From: Trypethelium eluteriae
Taxonomy: Eukaryota
Direction of reading: 5' to 3'
Length of the DNA stretch: 32,505 nt
Assembly: GCA_051942245.1 (NCBI GenBank)
Contig: JAVECL010000259.1
Span: 1 to 32,505, forward strand
Made by a program: the position numbers and the translations under genes. Positions 11,599 to 24,729 of this stretch are shown here, one piece after another (within the stretch, counting starts at the first letter, position 1; each line of letters starts with the position of its first letter). The notes under the pieces were generated by a model. That model was not told the origin of the DNA and did no database searches. It saw only the letters and a program-made list of their open reading frames with translations.

Positions 11599-13476
11599 CC
11601 TACAGAGTACCTATAGCAACTTCTTTCATTCTTATTTCTTCAGCAGCAACATCTACCTGGAGTTTATCAGAAGACATGGGCCTCACGGCTGGTTAGACTT
11701 TCTTCCCTGGTTCTTTGATTCTCATCACCGGCACCTTTTTGTTGGATGTATCACTATCGTGCAGGCATGGTTTCACTAGCATGCCCAGATATCCCTAGAC
11801 CAGGTGGTACCGTGTTGGCGGTTTCTATGCTCACTTGTTCGCCCGTTGAAAAACATACAAAATCCTGAGAGGCGTTTGTTGGCGCATGGGGTTTGGTTCG
11901 CATATCTGCTACAAGGCAATTGCTTACGAGGTCATACACGAAATAGCTAAACCTCCTTGGTCGAACACGAAACACAGTCTGAACATGCTCTCCACTGTTC
12001 CTAAATTAGTAGATCTATGCGATGCTTTGAATCCTCCTGCCACTATGACGCTGTCGACCCAGCTATAATGCCAAGAGATAACTGGTGGAAGGGCTGGGCA
12101 TCCTTATGCGTATCGCCCTAAGTCTTTCTAAGCGCTAACTCTCAATTTGCAAAAGGAAACGTCTGAAATACGAAGTGCAAGCGCGAGATGTGTTTAGTGG
12201 TACGGAGTACTGCTCTATCCTCAACTAGGTGATCACAACGCTAAAATAATAGGCCCACGCAATGTCTGTTGAAGACAAAAGTGTTAAAATTAATAATTGA
12301 ATTTGTCAGCGTAAGAATACAATTTACGAGTAATCTATCGTCTTTGACAGATGGAAGAGAAATTCCCAGGAAGGACCAAGGAAAATTTGGCTTTCTACCT
12401 ATGATGGCGAAGAGTTAGTCTCCCGAGTCTTTGGACCAGAGCAACACCCATGAAGATCAATTGCACCAAAGCCACCTGTGCCGCTGTCCCAACCCGAGGA
12501 ATACTCACGTGATTGTACTAATCAAACGGAATGGCCCCGACGGACGGGCTCCATTTCCTTTTCTGTCTTATCGTAGTTACGTCATGCTCAAAAATAGAGC
12601 GACCGTGCACGTGAAGTTTATTCATCCTGTGAAGGTGTGCTCTTTTCGAGGTTGCATAGCATCTCGAAGTGCACTTGAAAGTTCGCATCGTCTCACAGAC
12701 GAAATGGACGTCATCTATGCCATACCAATATAAATTGAATTGAACAAAAAGCTTGACTTCAACGTGAACATTGCTCGCTACTGCGATTCTGCGCTTCGTA
12801 GGCGCTCGATGCAAACTCTCCAAAACAATTACCGTGCTGTCAAAGCAGTCTCAGGAGACAGCAAAGAATCGATATGTACGTTACATGTACATATATCGGT
12901 GAAGACGTTTGTGTGCAACAAGATTCATAACAGAATGCGAGAAAATCTCAAAAGAGATGACAAAGTTTCAAAACCCCCTGACCATCAGAGCATGAGTAAA
13001 GCGGAGGTATAGTAGGGAAGATACTCCGCGGACTTGACAGTTCAAAAGAAGTGCTCTACAGAAACGGGATGGTCCTACCCCGGAGGTAAGTCTTATTTTC
13101 TTTCTCCTGTCCGTAGTCTTTTTGGAAGTGACTATTATTGAAAATTTATTCTCTCGAAAATTACGCTAAAGCTCCCTATGCCGTGGAGATAACCACGTCT
13201 GAAGCATAATACAACGTTCAACTTACTATACTTCCGGGGTATATTTTCCAGAGCTCAGTCCCTACAGCTCCATTGAAGATAAGCGCATTTGCCTTGTAAA
13301 CCCTTGATTTCTATTGGTGTAGCTCCATCTACCTAACGTATCTCAGCTATTTATTTGAAAGTTCGAGAATAGAGTAAGAAGGCACTAGGGTCAGCTCAAA
13401 TACACATGGCCTGATGACGAACACAGCATTTTAGCCTCTCATGATGGTCATCATCTCGCATCTAGCTTCTATATTC

Positions 13477-16220
13477 TCACCCCCCATTCACCTGCTCTGC
13501 TTTTGGCTTCACCGGCTCTACATTCCAGATCATCTCCGCATACTCGTCGATGCACCGATCACTGCTGAAGAAACCCATCCGCGCCACGCTGGTGATGCAC
13601 TTGGTGAGCCACTCCTCCTGGTTCTTGTACGACTCGTCAATCAGATCGTGCGTCTTGCAGTAGCTGTTGAAGTCGTCCGAGACGAGGTAGTAGTCGCCGT
13701 GATCGACAATGCCATTCACGAGGGCGGAGAACTGGTTGGCGTCGCCGAAGCGGCCGGCTTGGATGGCATCGAAGACTTTGCGGAGGCCGTCGTCGAGTTC
13801 GTACTTCCCGTATAGGTGGTTGTGGCGTAGCTCTTCGACGTCTTCGGCGAGGTTGCCGAAGAGGAAGATGTTGGAATCTCCGATTTCGCGGGTGATTTCG
13901 ATCTATGGAGCAGGCTTGTTAGTGACCGAAGGCTTCGAGAGACACCGAAATCTGTGACCGATTGAGGCTAGGAACTTACGTTGGCTCCGTCGCAAGTACC
14001 AATAATCAAGCCTCCGTTGAGCACAAACTTCATATTGGAGGTACCGCTTGCCTCGGTCCCAGCAGTGGAGATGTGTTCGCTAATGTCGCTTGCGGGCGTA
14101 ATGATTTCGGCCTTGCTAACATTGTAGTCCTCTAGGAAAATCACTTTGAGGAGATCGCCAACGTCGGGGTCATTGTTCACCACATCACCGACTTTGCAGA
14201 TGAGATGGATGACGGTCTTAGCCATCCAATATCCAGGAGCAGCTTTTCCTCCAAAAATGCTAACACGCGGCGCAAGCTTTTTGCGTTCTTCAGCGTTCAT
14301 GGCCTTGATTGCCAGGTAGCGGTGTATGACACCGAAGATGTTAAGTTGTTGACGCTTGTACTCATGTATGCGCTTGACTTGGATATCGAAGAGAGCAGCA
14401 GGGTTGACGCTCACGCCGGTTGTGTTCTTAATATGTTTGGCTAGCCGAACTTTGTTGGCATACTTGATCTCTTGGAATTCTTTACGGAATGCCTTATCAT
14501 CGACATGGTTTTCGAGTTTGTTGAGAAGGGTTAGGTCTTTCAAGAATTCATGGCCACCTAACTTCGAAGCAATGAGCTCTGATAGCCTAGGATTCGCTTG
14601 GTGAAGCCATCGACGAGGCGTAATGCCATTGGTGACATTCGTGAATTTGTCAGGACCATAGATCTGCACAAAGTCCTTGAAGATTGTAGTCTTGATGAGG
14701 TCGGAGTGTAGTTCAGCCACACCGTTGACCTTGTGAGATCCAATGACTGCAAGAAAGGCCATTCGAACACGCTTTGGCTCTGACTCTTCGATAATAGAGA
14801 CGCGGCGAAGCATATCGCGGTCTTTGGGAAATTTTTTCTCAACGTATTGCAGGAAGTTGAGGTTGATGTCATAAATAATTTGAAGATGACGGGGAAGGAG
14901 GTGTTGGATGAGAGGAACAGACCATTTCTCTAGAGCCTCTTGCATGACAGTATGATTAGTGTAACCAAAAGTGTTCTGAACAATTTCCCATGCCTCACTC
15001 CATTCTAAGCCTTCTATGTCTATCAAGATACGTTGCAATTCGGGGATAGCAAGAGTCGGGTGAGTGTCGTTGAGTTGAATGGCTACATTATTCGAGAACT
15101 CCTTCCAGGGCTTCCGGGTTTTCTTGAAGCGGCGGACAATATCATGTAGCGAAGCTGCGCACCAGAAGTACTGTTGCTTCAAGCGAAGCTCCTTACCGCG
15201 ATCAAGGTTGTCGTTAGGATATAGCACAGCTGAGACAGTCTCAGCGCGTTGAGTATCGGCTACGGAGCCTTCGTAGTCGCCAGAATTAAACTTTTGGAAG
15301 TCAAATTCTCCACTATGAGCTTTGCTCGACCACATTCTCATGTTGTTAGTTGTAGCTGTGCCATATCCTGGAATGGGAACATCAAAGGCAACAGCTTCAA
15401 CAATCTCGCCGCCCTCCCAGCTGGAATGGGTCTTGCCATTATCATCCTGATATGTCCGAACTCCGCCATAGAATTGGATGTTGACGGTAACATCATGTCG
15501 AGCAAATTCCCACGGGTTGAAGTCGAGCCAGTAGTCAGGCACCTCGACTTGATAGCCATCATGTATCTCTTGCTTGAAGATTCCATACTTGTAGCGTAAT
15601 GCGTAACCCCAAGCTGGATAGTTCATCGTAGCCATACTATCAAGGAAGCAAGCTGCAAGACGTCCGAGACCGCCATTGCCCAAGGCCGCATCGCGCTCTT
15701 GGGAAATGAGATCCTCCATGCGAAATCCTAGCTCACCCATTCCATCCTTGGCAGGACCTTTCATGTTGGTGTTAAGCATTGCATTATCCAAGGCGCGACC
15801 CATCAAAAACTCCAATGACAAATAATATACCCGCTTCTGATCCGCCGTTGTTTGATTCTGCTGTGTCTTATTCCACTCCATGACCAGTCGATCTCTAAAG
15901 GCAAGTGCAGTACCACCGTATGCTGCAGATTCGTCGCAGTTGAATAGAGAGCGCGCGAGAGTGGTCTCAATATGGCGGACCGCTTCGGAGAGGAATTCAT
16001 CCTTGGTCTGAAACTCTTGTGGGGTGTTCTTTTTCCAAGCAGCTCTCTGGGGCTCTGGAATTGAGCTTTCGGCGCTTTTGATTTCGCTTGGGCCAAGACC
16101 AGTAACAGTTCTTGTGTGCTTTGGTCTGGAAAAGCTGGGACCCACTGGGCCTTTGAGGTCAGAGAGTGGAGCACTTGTTGAAGGTCTCCGCTCTCTGGCC
16201 GGCGGACCTGTGGCTGCCAT
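13477..16220 (-). CDS. GPH1: Glycogen phosphorylase, ~888 aa; exons 16220-13980, 13902-13477
   Basis: Motifs YYLSLEFLMGRAL, LGNGGLGRLAACFLDS, LRLKQQYF, IQLNDTHP, YTNHT, QVKRIHEYKRQ, PLP site EASGTSNMK, DGAN|IEI, FSSDRCIDEYA. Intron 13903-13979 (GTAAGT...CTAAC...TAG). Start MAATGPPARERRPS at 16220. Confidence 0.98.
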
Positions 16221-16393
16221 TCTTTCTGTATGAGAGGTAAGAGTAGATGAGGGAGAGGTCACGACACAGAGCTGAGTTATAAGACTGCAAATGGCAAGCA
16301 AGAGGGCTGCAAGATATTGAAGGACCTTTAGAATGCAAAGGAGAAGAAAGTTCGAGCTCAAGGTATAGGTAGGTATTAGGTTTAAAAATGAGT

Positions 16394-16415
16394 GCGGGGT
16401 GTGGGGAACGTGGGG
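16394..16415 (+). promoter_or_regulatory. Three tandem CreA/Mig1-type SYGGRG boxes
   Basis: GCGGGG 16394-16399, GTGGGG 16401-16406, GTGGGG 16410-16415, preceded by an AT tract (TTTAAAAAT), ~175-195 bp upstream of the GPH1 ATG. Confidence 0.55.
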
Positions 16416-17603
16416 TGCAACACCATGCCACCTCACTGCCACGGCAACCTACACCTTGCACTGCTACCGCTTCAAGATATCGAAGCGAGAGCATATGCAG
16501 CGCTGCATCCGTAATTTTCCGCTTCGACCTCTCCTCTGGGACCTGCAATCATCAAGGCTGCACTCAGCATTAATGGCTCACCATCGGTCTCAAGTCGAAG
16601 CCCCGGCCTAATCTCGGCTGCCCATGATTTCTGACATCCTTTGGTGTTTCAAGAGAATATGCTGACAGAGGATGTTACCAAGCAACTTTAGGTCGGAAGA
16701 GCGCATCGCAGCTATATTACGTGAAGTACTGACACACAACGCCACCCCCTGTTATCGTAGATCGCAGCCGCAGAGCAGTACTTGGGCACGTTAAGCCCTT
16801 CTACCCTTCGTCCGCAGTGAGACAAATGACCCAGTCTTATGGGGTAATGCCAAGAACGCTGAAGGACTTCACTAGAAGGTTTTGTTCGTACCTCAGCAGA
16901 TTCTATGTGAGTACACCGTTCAAACGTTCTGTAATCCCCAATGATCCATTGGGAGCTCTCGTGTGTGTAAGTGGTATCAAGCACAGCAGCGTCGATCAGG
17001 TGGCATCATGGATGCTCCAAAGGCTGGAGAAACCAAGACCATCCCCAGGATATCATCCTATTCGTCAAACCGCTGAAATTAAGCTCTAGGAGAACGGTAC
17101 TCTCGAGGACGTTCTTATAGTATTGCTATGGAAGCGTAGTTGTTCCTTGTCTCCATAGAGCCAGATGGTGGCTGAGACCGTGTAACACTAACGCCTTACA
17201 GTGATACTGGGCTTTGCTATGATCTGTTGTGCGATGACATAATGCAAGTATCCGCGATGAGTGTGAGCTGGGTATTCACCACGAGTATGGTTTGCTCTGC
17301 AAAAATTGCACCTCTGCCTCAGGATTCTCGACCCTGTCTGTCCTTATGGGGCAATATGAACCTTGCAGCGCACCATCACTTATCGAAGCCTTTAACCATG
17401 GAAGAATTCGTGTGTCTAATGAGACCTCCTATCACACCGCCATCATTTCCTATAGCGTGATCTTCACCGCGGCGACGTTCGGTTCGTGCCAAATTCACCA
17501 GGGACTCCTTAGCTTCTTCTATCCTTTTCTATGAGCACATCCTTTTCTCAAAGCATTCAAAAGAAACAGTTTCAAGATACCAATACGTCGACAAGTAGTC
17601 AAG

Positions 17604-20042
17604 ATGTGGATGCCACCTATCTTCCAAAGTGTTCCTGCCATTATCGCCCGGCATACTACCAGTCATTGGCCCATCAAAGACGTAAGTTGAACCAGAGATT
17701 TAGGCTAGTAATTGCTCACAATCCCTAGATCGTATTCGTTGCTATTATTAGCACGATACTCCTTGCTGCCTTCCTCGAGTGGTTCCTGTGGCTCACCGCG
17801 TTCGTTTATTGCTTAGCCAAAGTATTCCAGAAAGCCGAAAACATCCGCACGAGGGTCATGTGTATCGTGATCGCCATCTTGTTCTCCTGCTTAAGGTATA
17901 AGTGCCAGCGCGAAACTTTACACACATGGCTTACAACATCCCAGAGCCATATTCTTGCCCGTTATGGTCGTCACCCTTCCTTTACCGGCCGAAATCTCCA
18001 AATACTATCCGCCACCCATGGTCAGTTTTCTTCAATGGTTTGCATTCTGGACCTTCGCTGGTCTCCTCATAATACCATGGCTTTGCTGTGTCTATCAATT
18101 GGTGTCACACAACGTCGGCCGTGCTTCAAGGATCAAATATGTCCTGGACGAGTCAACCGCCCCAAAGGTTGTCATCGTCATGCCTTGCTACAACGAGATT
18201 CCCGAAGTTTTGCTCCGCACTGTTGACTCGATCGTGGATTGTGACTACCCACCGTCGTGCTTACACATCTTTCTTTCGTTTGACGGAGATCAGGAAGACT
18301 CACTTTATCTGAATACCATTGAAAGGCTCGGAGTACCTTTAATACTCAAAAGTTACCCCAAGAGCATCGATGTTGCGTATCGCCGATGTCGCATCACAGT
18401 CTCTCGCTTCCCACACGGTGGAAAGCGATCCTGCCAAAAGAAAACTTTCAAACTGATAGACAAAGTCTACACCGACTATCTGAAGCGCAATGATAACTTA
18501 TTCATATTGTTCATCGATTCCGACTGCATTCTTGACAAGTCATGCATACAAAATTTCATGTACGAGATGGAGCTGAAGCCGGGCAACAACCAGAACATGC
18601 TTGCAATGACGGGGGTCATCACATCCACGACAGAGAAGAACTCTCTCATCACTTTGTTGCAGGACATGGAATACATCCACGGCCAACTTTTCGAGAGGTC
18701 CGTAGAATCAGGCTGTGGCTCCATCACCTGCCTGCCCGGTGCTCTTACCATGTTGAGATTTTCAGCCTTCCGTAAGATGGCCAAGTACTATTTTGCAGAT
18801 AACGTTGAGCAGTGTGTTGATCTATTCGATTATGGGAAATGCCATCTCGGAGAAGATCGCTGGCTTACCCACCTTTTCATGATTGGGGCAAAACAACGCT
18901 ATCAGATTCAAATGAACAGCGGGGCCTTCTGCAAGACCGAGGCTGTTCAGACATTCAAGAGTTTACTGAAGCAGAGACGGAGATGGTTTCTCGGTGCCGT
19001 CACAAACGAAGCATGCATGTTGACAGATATTCGTTTATGGTGGAGATACCCACTGTTACTAACCTTACGCTTTGCTTCGGACACAATCCGAACCACTTCA
19101 CTTCTTTTCTTCATCATGGTCATTTCAATCATCACAACCTCGCAGAAGGTTAAAAACCTGCCTGTAGGCTTCATCGCAGTCTCATTAGGGCTAAATTGGC
19201 TCCTCATGCTTTACTTCGGTGCCAAGCTTGGACGATACAAGATCATGCTTTACCCTCTCATGTTCGTCGTCAACCCCTTCTTCAACTGGCTCTATATGGT
19301 TTACGGCATCTTTACTGCCGGCCAGCGCACCTGGGGCGGACCACGTGCAGATGCCGGTGCTGCAGACAGCAAGACCACACCACAAGCAGCGATCGAGCAC
19401 GCCGAAGCGACTGGCGATGATCTCAACGTCATTCCTGAGACCTTCAAGCCCGCTCTTGAAGAACGTGGCGCTCACGTCACACACGTCCCAGTCCAACCTT
19501 GGGACTCCGTCGAAGGACGCTTTGCCGCGCCCGAACGCCACTCAGACGGCCTCTTCGAACTCAGCCGTGTCTTTCTCCATCCTGACACACTACCCAACCC
19601 ACAAGCACCTCGACGACGTGGTCGGCACGTGCCATCCAATCTCTCCTTCGAGTCCCTCATGACCGACAGCTCCGCCACCGACTCTGTCTATGTCCCCCGT
19701 CGTGTCGAATCCTTCATCGATACCGCCGATGAATTACAGGCGTACCACAATGCTCAGGCAGCACAGAGACCGGCGGGGGGAGCTGCGTACGAGAATCCGG
19801 ATGCTATCGGGCTAGCGATCTCTTCATCAGGAAAGGGGAATGAAGACGATGGGCTTGGAGGACCGTCAGGCGACATCGCCGACCTGGGATATTGGAGATC
19901 TCGCGCGAGCTCAGAGAGTAGCATTGGAAATGTTTCTTTGCATCCGGGGTTCAGTGCGATGAGGAGTCCTCTGTCGAGGCCAACTTTTTTGAAGACGGCG
20001 GACAGAGATGAGGACAGGACGGTGACGAAGTTCAGGGCGTAA
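17604..20042 (+). CDS. Chitin synthase (GT2), A. fumigatus ChsD / A. nidulans ChsG type (class VI, VII in some schemes), ~780 aa; exons 17604-17681, 17729-17895, 17945-20042
   Basis: Motifs PCYNE, FIDSD, QDMEY, TCLPG, LGEDRWLT, QRRRW, TWGGPR. Hydrophobic N-terminal helices, no cytochrome-b5 or myosin domain. Introns 17682-17728 (GTAAGT...TAG) and 17896-17944 (GTATAA...CAG) keep frame. Confidence 0.93.
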
Positions 20043-20835
20043 GGATGGGTTGATGGTGAGGGAGGAGACTAAGTGGCTAATTTGCTGAAGGAAGGGATGA
20101 ACTGTGTTAACTAGATCTCGAGCAGTAAGGTATAGATACTTAGACTGGCTTCCTAATGAATCTATGCCAAAGCATTTAGTGATTGGAGAATCGCTCCAGA
20201 GACCGCATCTACGTTGCGCTCTTCACCGCAATTCTACAAGTCTCTCCACGCCTAGTAGTGCTTCGATGCGCGACTTCAATCAAGCGTCTTTGAATCCCAA
20301 CGTCTGCATTGCTCCTACTTTTCATATTCAGCCAAGGCTTGCATGCGGGCACCGGAGAAAAGATCTAGGGCTGAATGTGAATGCGCCAATTTCTTCAAAA
20401 GGGATTCTGGATTTCGTGGTCTGTTTCCAAGCTGTCAGTGTGGTCAACATGTGTTGGATCGTGAGGTCCTTGAGGGCCTTGACTCAAAGTGCAAGAAGCG
20501 CAAAGTCTTGGCAGGCACTGCAGGGCAGAAGTTGGAGGGGCACGCGGACGACGTCAACGGTGGAATACTCTAGGCAGAGTACTCCACTAAACCCAACCAC
20601 TAATTCACCACGAATTCACACACCTTTTGTTCGCAACCTCTGCAGCTTGACCTCTTTCGCCGATCTTCTCGATTCTGAGCCATGCTCGGATCAATGACAG
20701 CATCACCAACGGTGTTGTCAGACAATCCACAGCTCCACATGTTCGAACCTTGATCTCCTGTGTCCTCACTTTGCCCCACGGGCACTTACACGCTTGCGCT
20801 TCTCGCGCGTCAGACTCGGAAGTAGCTGAACTATA

Positions 20836-23800
20836 ATGGAGCGAAGGCGGAAACGTTAGTTCCTCCTTCCCATGTCTCAGTCATTGTTGTTAACGGAATT
20901 TCCTCAGGCGAGTTACGCGACCTGAATTTAAGGGCCTGGGAAGGCGAGAAAGGTTCGTTCTGCGCAATCACTGGTGTCATCACAGGCGCTCACCATTTTT
21001 CAGATATCTTCCCTGTTCAAGGATCCTTAGACTCATCTATGAAGAAGAACACAGCATTCATTAAGCGCCTTCGAACCGCCATCAATTCTACTGGTCAAAG
21101 CCTCTTTATCCAAGAAGTCAGAACCCTTTCACTCCACAAGTATCTCTCCGAAGTCATTCAAGCATGCTACGAAGGCCTCTGTAAGCTCAAGACTCCTGCT
21201 GAGATCGCAGCGGGCGTTGAGGTGGTCAGTGCACTTCACCAACGATTTGGTCCTGATGAGTTCACTGCATATATTGGATGGCTGATAGGAAGAGGGTTGA
21301 GCACTCCTGACAAAGGGCAGTTGAAGGTTTTAGCACAGGATGTACGGGAACGGGAGGAAAGGGAGCGGCTTGCCCGGCAACGCCCTTTATTGAGGGTCGT
21401 TACAGAACTTTGGCTGGTGGGATGTCTTAAGAGCTTGGATGATATTGCGCGGCCTGAAGAAGCTGGGAAGATCAAGGATACCAAGTCCGCTGATATAACC
21501 GGAAAAGGGAGAAGTACATCCAATGGCGTACGTTCGGACACGGGCGATCCCGAGCCCTTCCCTCTTGAAGTGCTCAAGGATATGCTCGGACACGACAGAG
21601 AGCACGTTAATTTACCGCTTGTTGTTCTCTTCGTAAAATCATTTTCCTGGGATATTTTGGGAGTGAAGACCAAAGGTGAAGGTCGACGCTCCGACGCTGA
21701 AGATAGTAATGCACCTACCGCTTCTGATGGCAGAGAAGATTCAACGGGAACAGAAGATGAAGGTGCACCAACGGAAGATCCTCCTATCGCCTCAGAGCCT
21801 CTAAGGCAACGGTTTCGAAACGTTCTCCTCCGTTATTTTGACGATGTAAAAGCTCACATTGTCAAAGACCATAGACTGCTGGTCTCGCAAGGGCGTCGAA
21901 ATGAAGATGCATATGTGAAATCTGGAGAGGTCTTCGAAGATCGGCAAGCGAGTTACGATAGGCAACTGAGGTCTCAAGAAAAACTCGTTGCAAATGCACA
22001 AACGGTGGCTGGCATTCTAGGCATAGAAATGCCAGATCTCAAGGAAAAAGATACTGCAATTGCTGGTACAGACGGTGGCATCGGCTTGGTCAAGACTGGC
22101 GAGTACTTGCGCGGGCAAGGAGATGGACCTGGCATATGGGAGGACATGGACGAAAGGCGATTTTATGAAATTGTCGTCGATCTCAAAGAGCGATTTCCCA
22201 AAATGTTTGAGGAACAGAAAAAGCGGAAAGAGGATGAAGATCAGGTGGTTAAGAAGTTCGAGAATAGAGACGACGCGCTTGAAAAAGGCGTCAAAGATTC
22301 AAACGACGGCGATCCAGCTGCGGCGGATGCTAAGCGCGGAGATGGAGAGGATCAGTCAACCGTGATTACTAACAAGACAGTCGGAGCCCAAGTCGACGAT
22401 CTTCTTGCACGTTTGCCTGAACTCACTACCAAAGAAAAAGTTGACGAGCTTGCTATTGACTTTTGCTTGCTGAATTCGAAGGCATCTCGCAACCGAATGA
22501 TTAAAGCCCTGCAGGAAGTACCCAAGGGACGGACAGATCTTCTGCCTCTTTACGCCAGGCTTGTTGCAACTCTGGGAAAATACATGCTAGATATCTCTCA
22601 GGCACTGGTCGGCTACCTCGATGACGAGTTTCGTAGCCTACAACGCCGCAAAACCAAAGATTTTCTTGGCCAAGTCCGCATGATGAATGTTCGATACCTT
22701 GCTGAACTTACTAAATTTGGTGTCGTCCCAGATCACGTCATCTTCCATTGTCTGAAGGTCAGCTTGGATGATTTTTCACGTATGAATATCGAGATCATCG
22801 CCAATTTACTGGAAAATTGTGGACGTTATCTCTTACGAAATCCCGAAACCTCACCCCGCATGTCCTCATTCATGGAAACTCTCTCACGCAAAAAGGGAGC
22901 CCAGCATCTAGGCCAACAAGAACGCATGTTGATCGAGAACGCGATGTACTACGTCAACCCTCCTGACCGAGCAGCTATCCAACAAAAAGAACGAGATCCT
23001 GTGGACCTTTTTCTTCGGAAATTGATATACCTGGATTTGACCAAGCGCGATCTGGTCAAAATCACCCATCAAATACGCAAACTCCACTGGGAAGAGAAAG
23101 AAGTCGTGGACGTCCTCCGCAAGATTTTCTCAAAACCTGGCAAAATGAAGTATAATAACATTTTCTATTTGGCTGAAATCCTCGATCACTTGAAACGGTA
23201 CCATCTTGACTTCATCATCTCGGTTGTTGATGACCTATTGGAATCAATAACTCTCGGTTTAGAGATACCAGACTTCAAATTCAATCAGCGACGCATTGCT
23301 GAAGTCAAATACCTGGGAGAGCTCTATCTATACAAATGTGTAGATTCACAAGTCGTCTTTGACACTTTGTACAAGATTGTGGCTTTCGGTCATGGTGAGT
23401 AGTGAAATATTGCGTAGAATTTCACACTAAGATGAAGCAGAAGGTGGCACTCCAAAACCAGACGCTTACAACATGCTCGATCCACCGGATGAGTTCTTCC
23501 GAATCAGACTTGTTTGTAGCCTCATCGAGACATGTGGAGAATTTTTCAACAAAGGCGCTGCACAAAAGAGATTCGACTTTTTCCTTACATTTTTCCAGGT
23601 ACCATTGATAGATTTTCTAATAAGCAGGCTGCTGATACGTGACAGTACTACATATACACCAAAGACGCACTCCCAATGGACATCGAATTCGCGGTACAAG
23701 ATGCCTTTGCGCATGTGCGACCCCAGTGGAAGCTAGCACCAAATCTGGAGGAGGCTGGGAAGACTTTCGCCGAGGCCGTCAAGCGTAATTACCAATCTCA

Positions 23801-24729
23801 AAATGCGGAAAAGGTAGCCGAGATGGAAGAAGCGGCCGAAGACTCATTGTCAGAAGATGGGGCGGATGATGAACGGCTGCCTGAACATGAGCTGGAAGAA
23901 GGCTCCTCGGAGGAGGAAGTCGAGGTGAGCTGGAATAGCCCATCATTACTGGCTCTTCTTAGTAACACGTTATTAGGATGGTGAGGATGTCAACACCCCG
24001 GAACAGCAGTCCGGATCCGAAGAGGAACAATTTGTGGTCAAAAATATGGGGAATCAGCGTGATCCCGAAGCTGAAGCTGAGTTCGATCGCGAATTCACCA
24101 AAATGATGGCCGAGAGCGTCGAGTCCCGCAAATTTGAGCGAAAGCCTATGTTCGATGTTCCTTTGCCAATGCGCCGCGCTCCAGCACGCGAAACGGCTAC
24201 AACCGCCGATGATAGCGAGGGAGATACTCCCGCTCCACCAGCAGTTAACCCTGGCACTATGAAGTTCTCACTATTAAGCAAACGTGGGAATCGGCAACAG
24301 GCAAGTATTACTTCTGACTTGAGTCTCCATATCATACTGATCCGCCGGACCAAGACTCGGCCCATCGACCTGCCCTCAGATTCCAATTTTGCAATTGCGA
24401 TGCGCAACCAGCAGCAGGCTGAACGGGCCGAACAACAAAGGATCAAGAGCCTCGTGCTCAACTACGATCTGCGCGAGGAGACTGAGCCAGATGGTGACTC
24501 GCCACTTTCTTCTGTCAACAACTACAACAAAACCCTGAAATCCAACCCCAATAGAAAATCCCCAAGTATACCAGCAGCAACACAAATCAGACGGATTGAA
24601 CAGCACACTTACGACTCTGAAGGTACCATTGACAAACACGCGGCCCAACCACGATTCGATAAAGCAGGGAATAATCGGAGCACCCAGCGAGCGAGGAAAT
24701 TACAGCTTAGTGATGTGGACTGGTGCTAG
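20836..24729 (+). CDS. UPF2: Nonsense-mediated decay factor UPF2/NMD2, ~1196 aa; exons 20836-20854, 20908-20952, 21004-23394, 23441-23598, 23646-23924, 23977-24300, 24355-24729
   Basis: LDSSMKKNTAFIKRL, LSLHKYLSE, IWEDMDERRFY, MIF4G segments (RYLAELTKF, LLENCGRYL, KYLGELY), DPPDEFFRIRL, acidic tract, C-terminal FDREFTKMM and FSLLSKRGNRQQ-TRPIDLPSDS. All joins are phase-consistent. Confidence 0.96.

Noticed and set aside
16221..16442. 74-aa N-terminal extension of GPH1 in the ORF track
   Set aside because: Non-ATG start, pyrimidine-rich UTR-like sequence; the homologous protein begins at ATG 16220.
20104..20697. 197-aa plus-strand ORF between chitin synthase and UPF2
   Set aside because: GTG start, no motif, not clearly coding on either strand.
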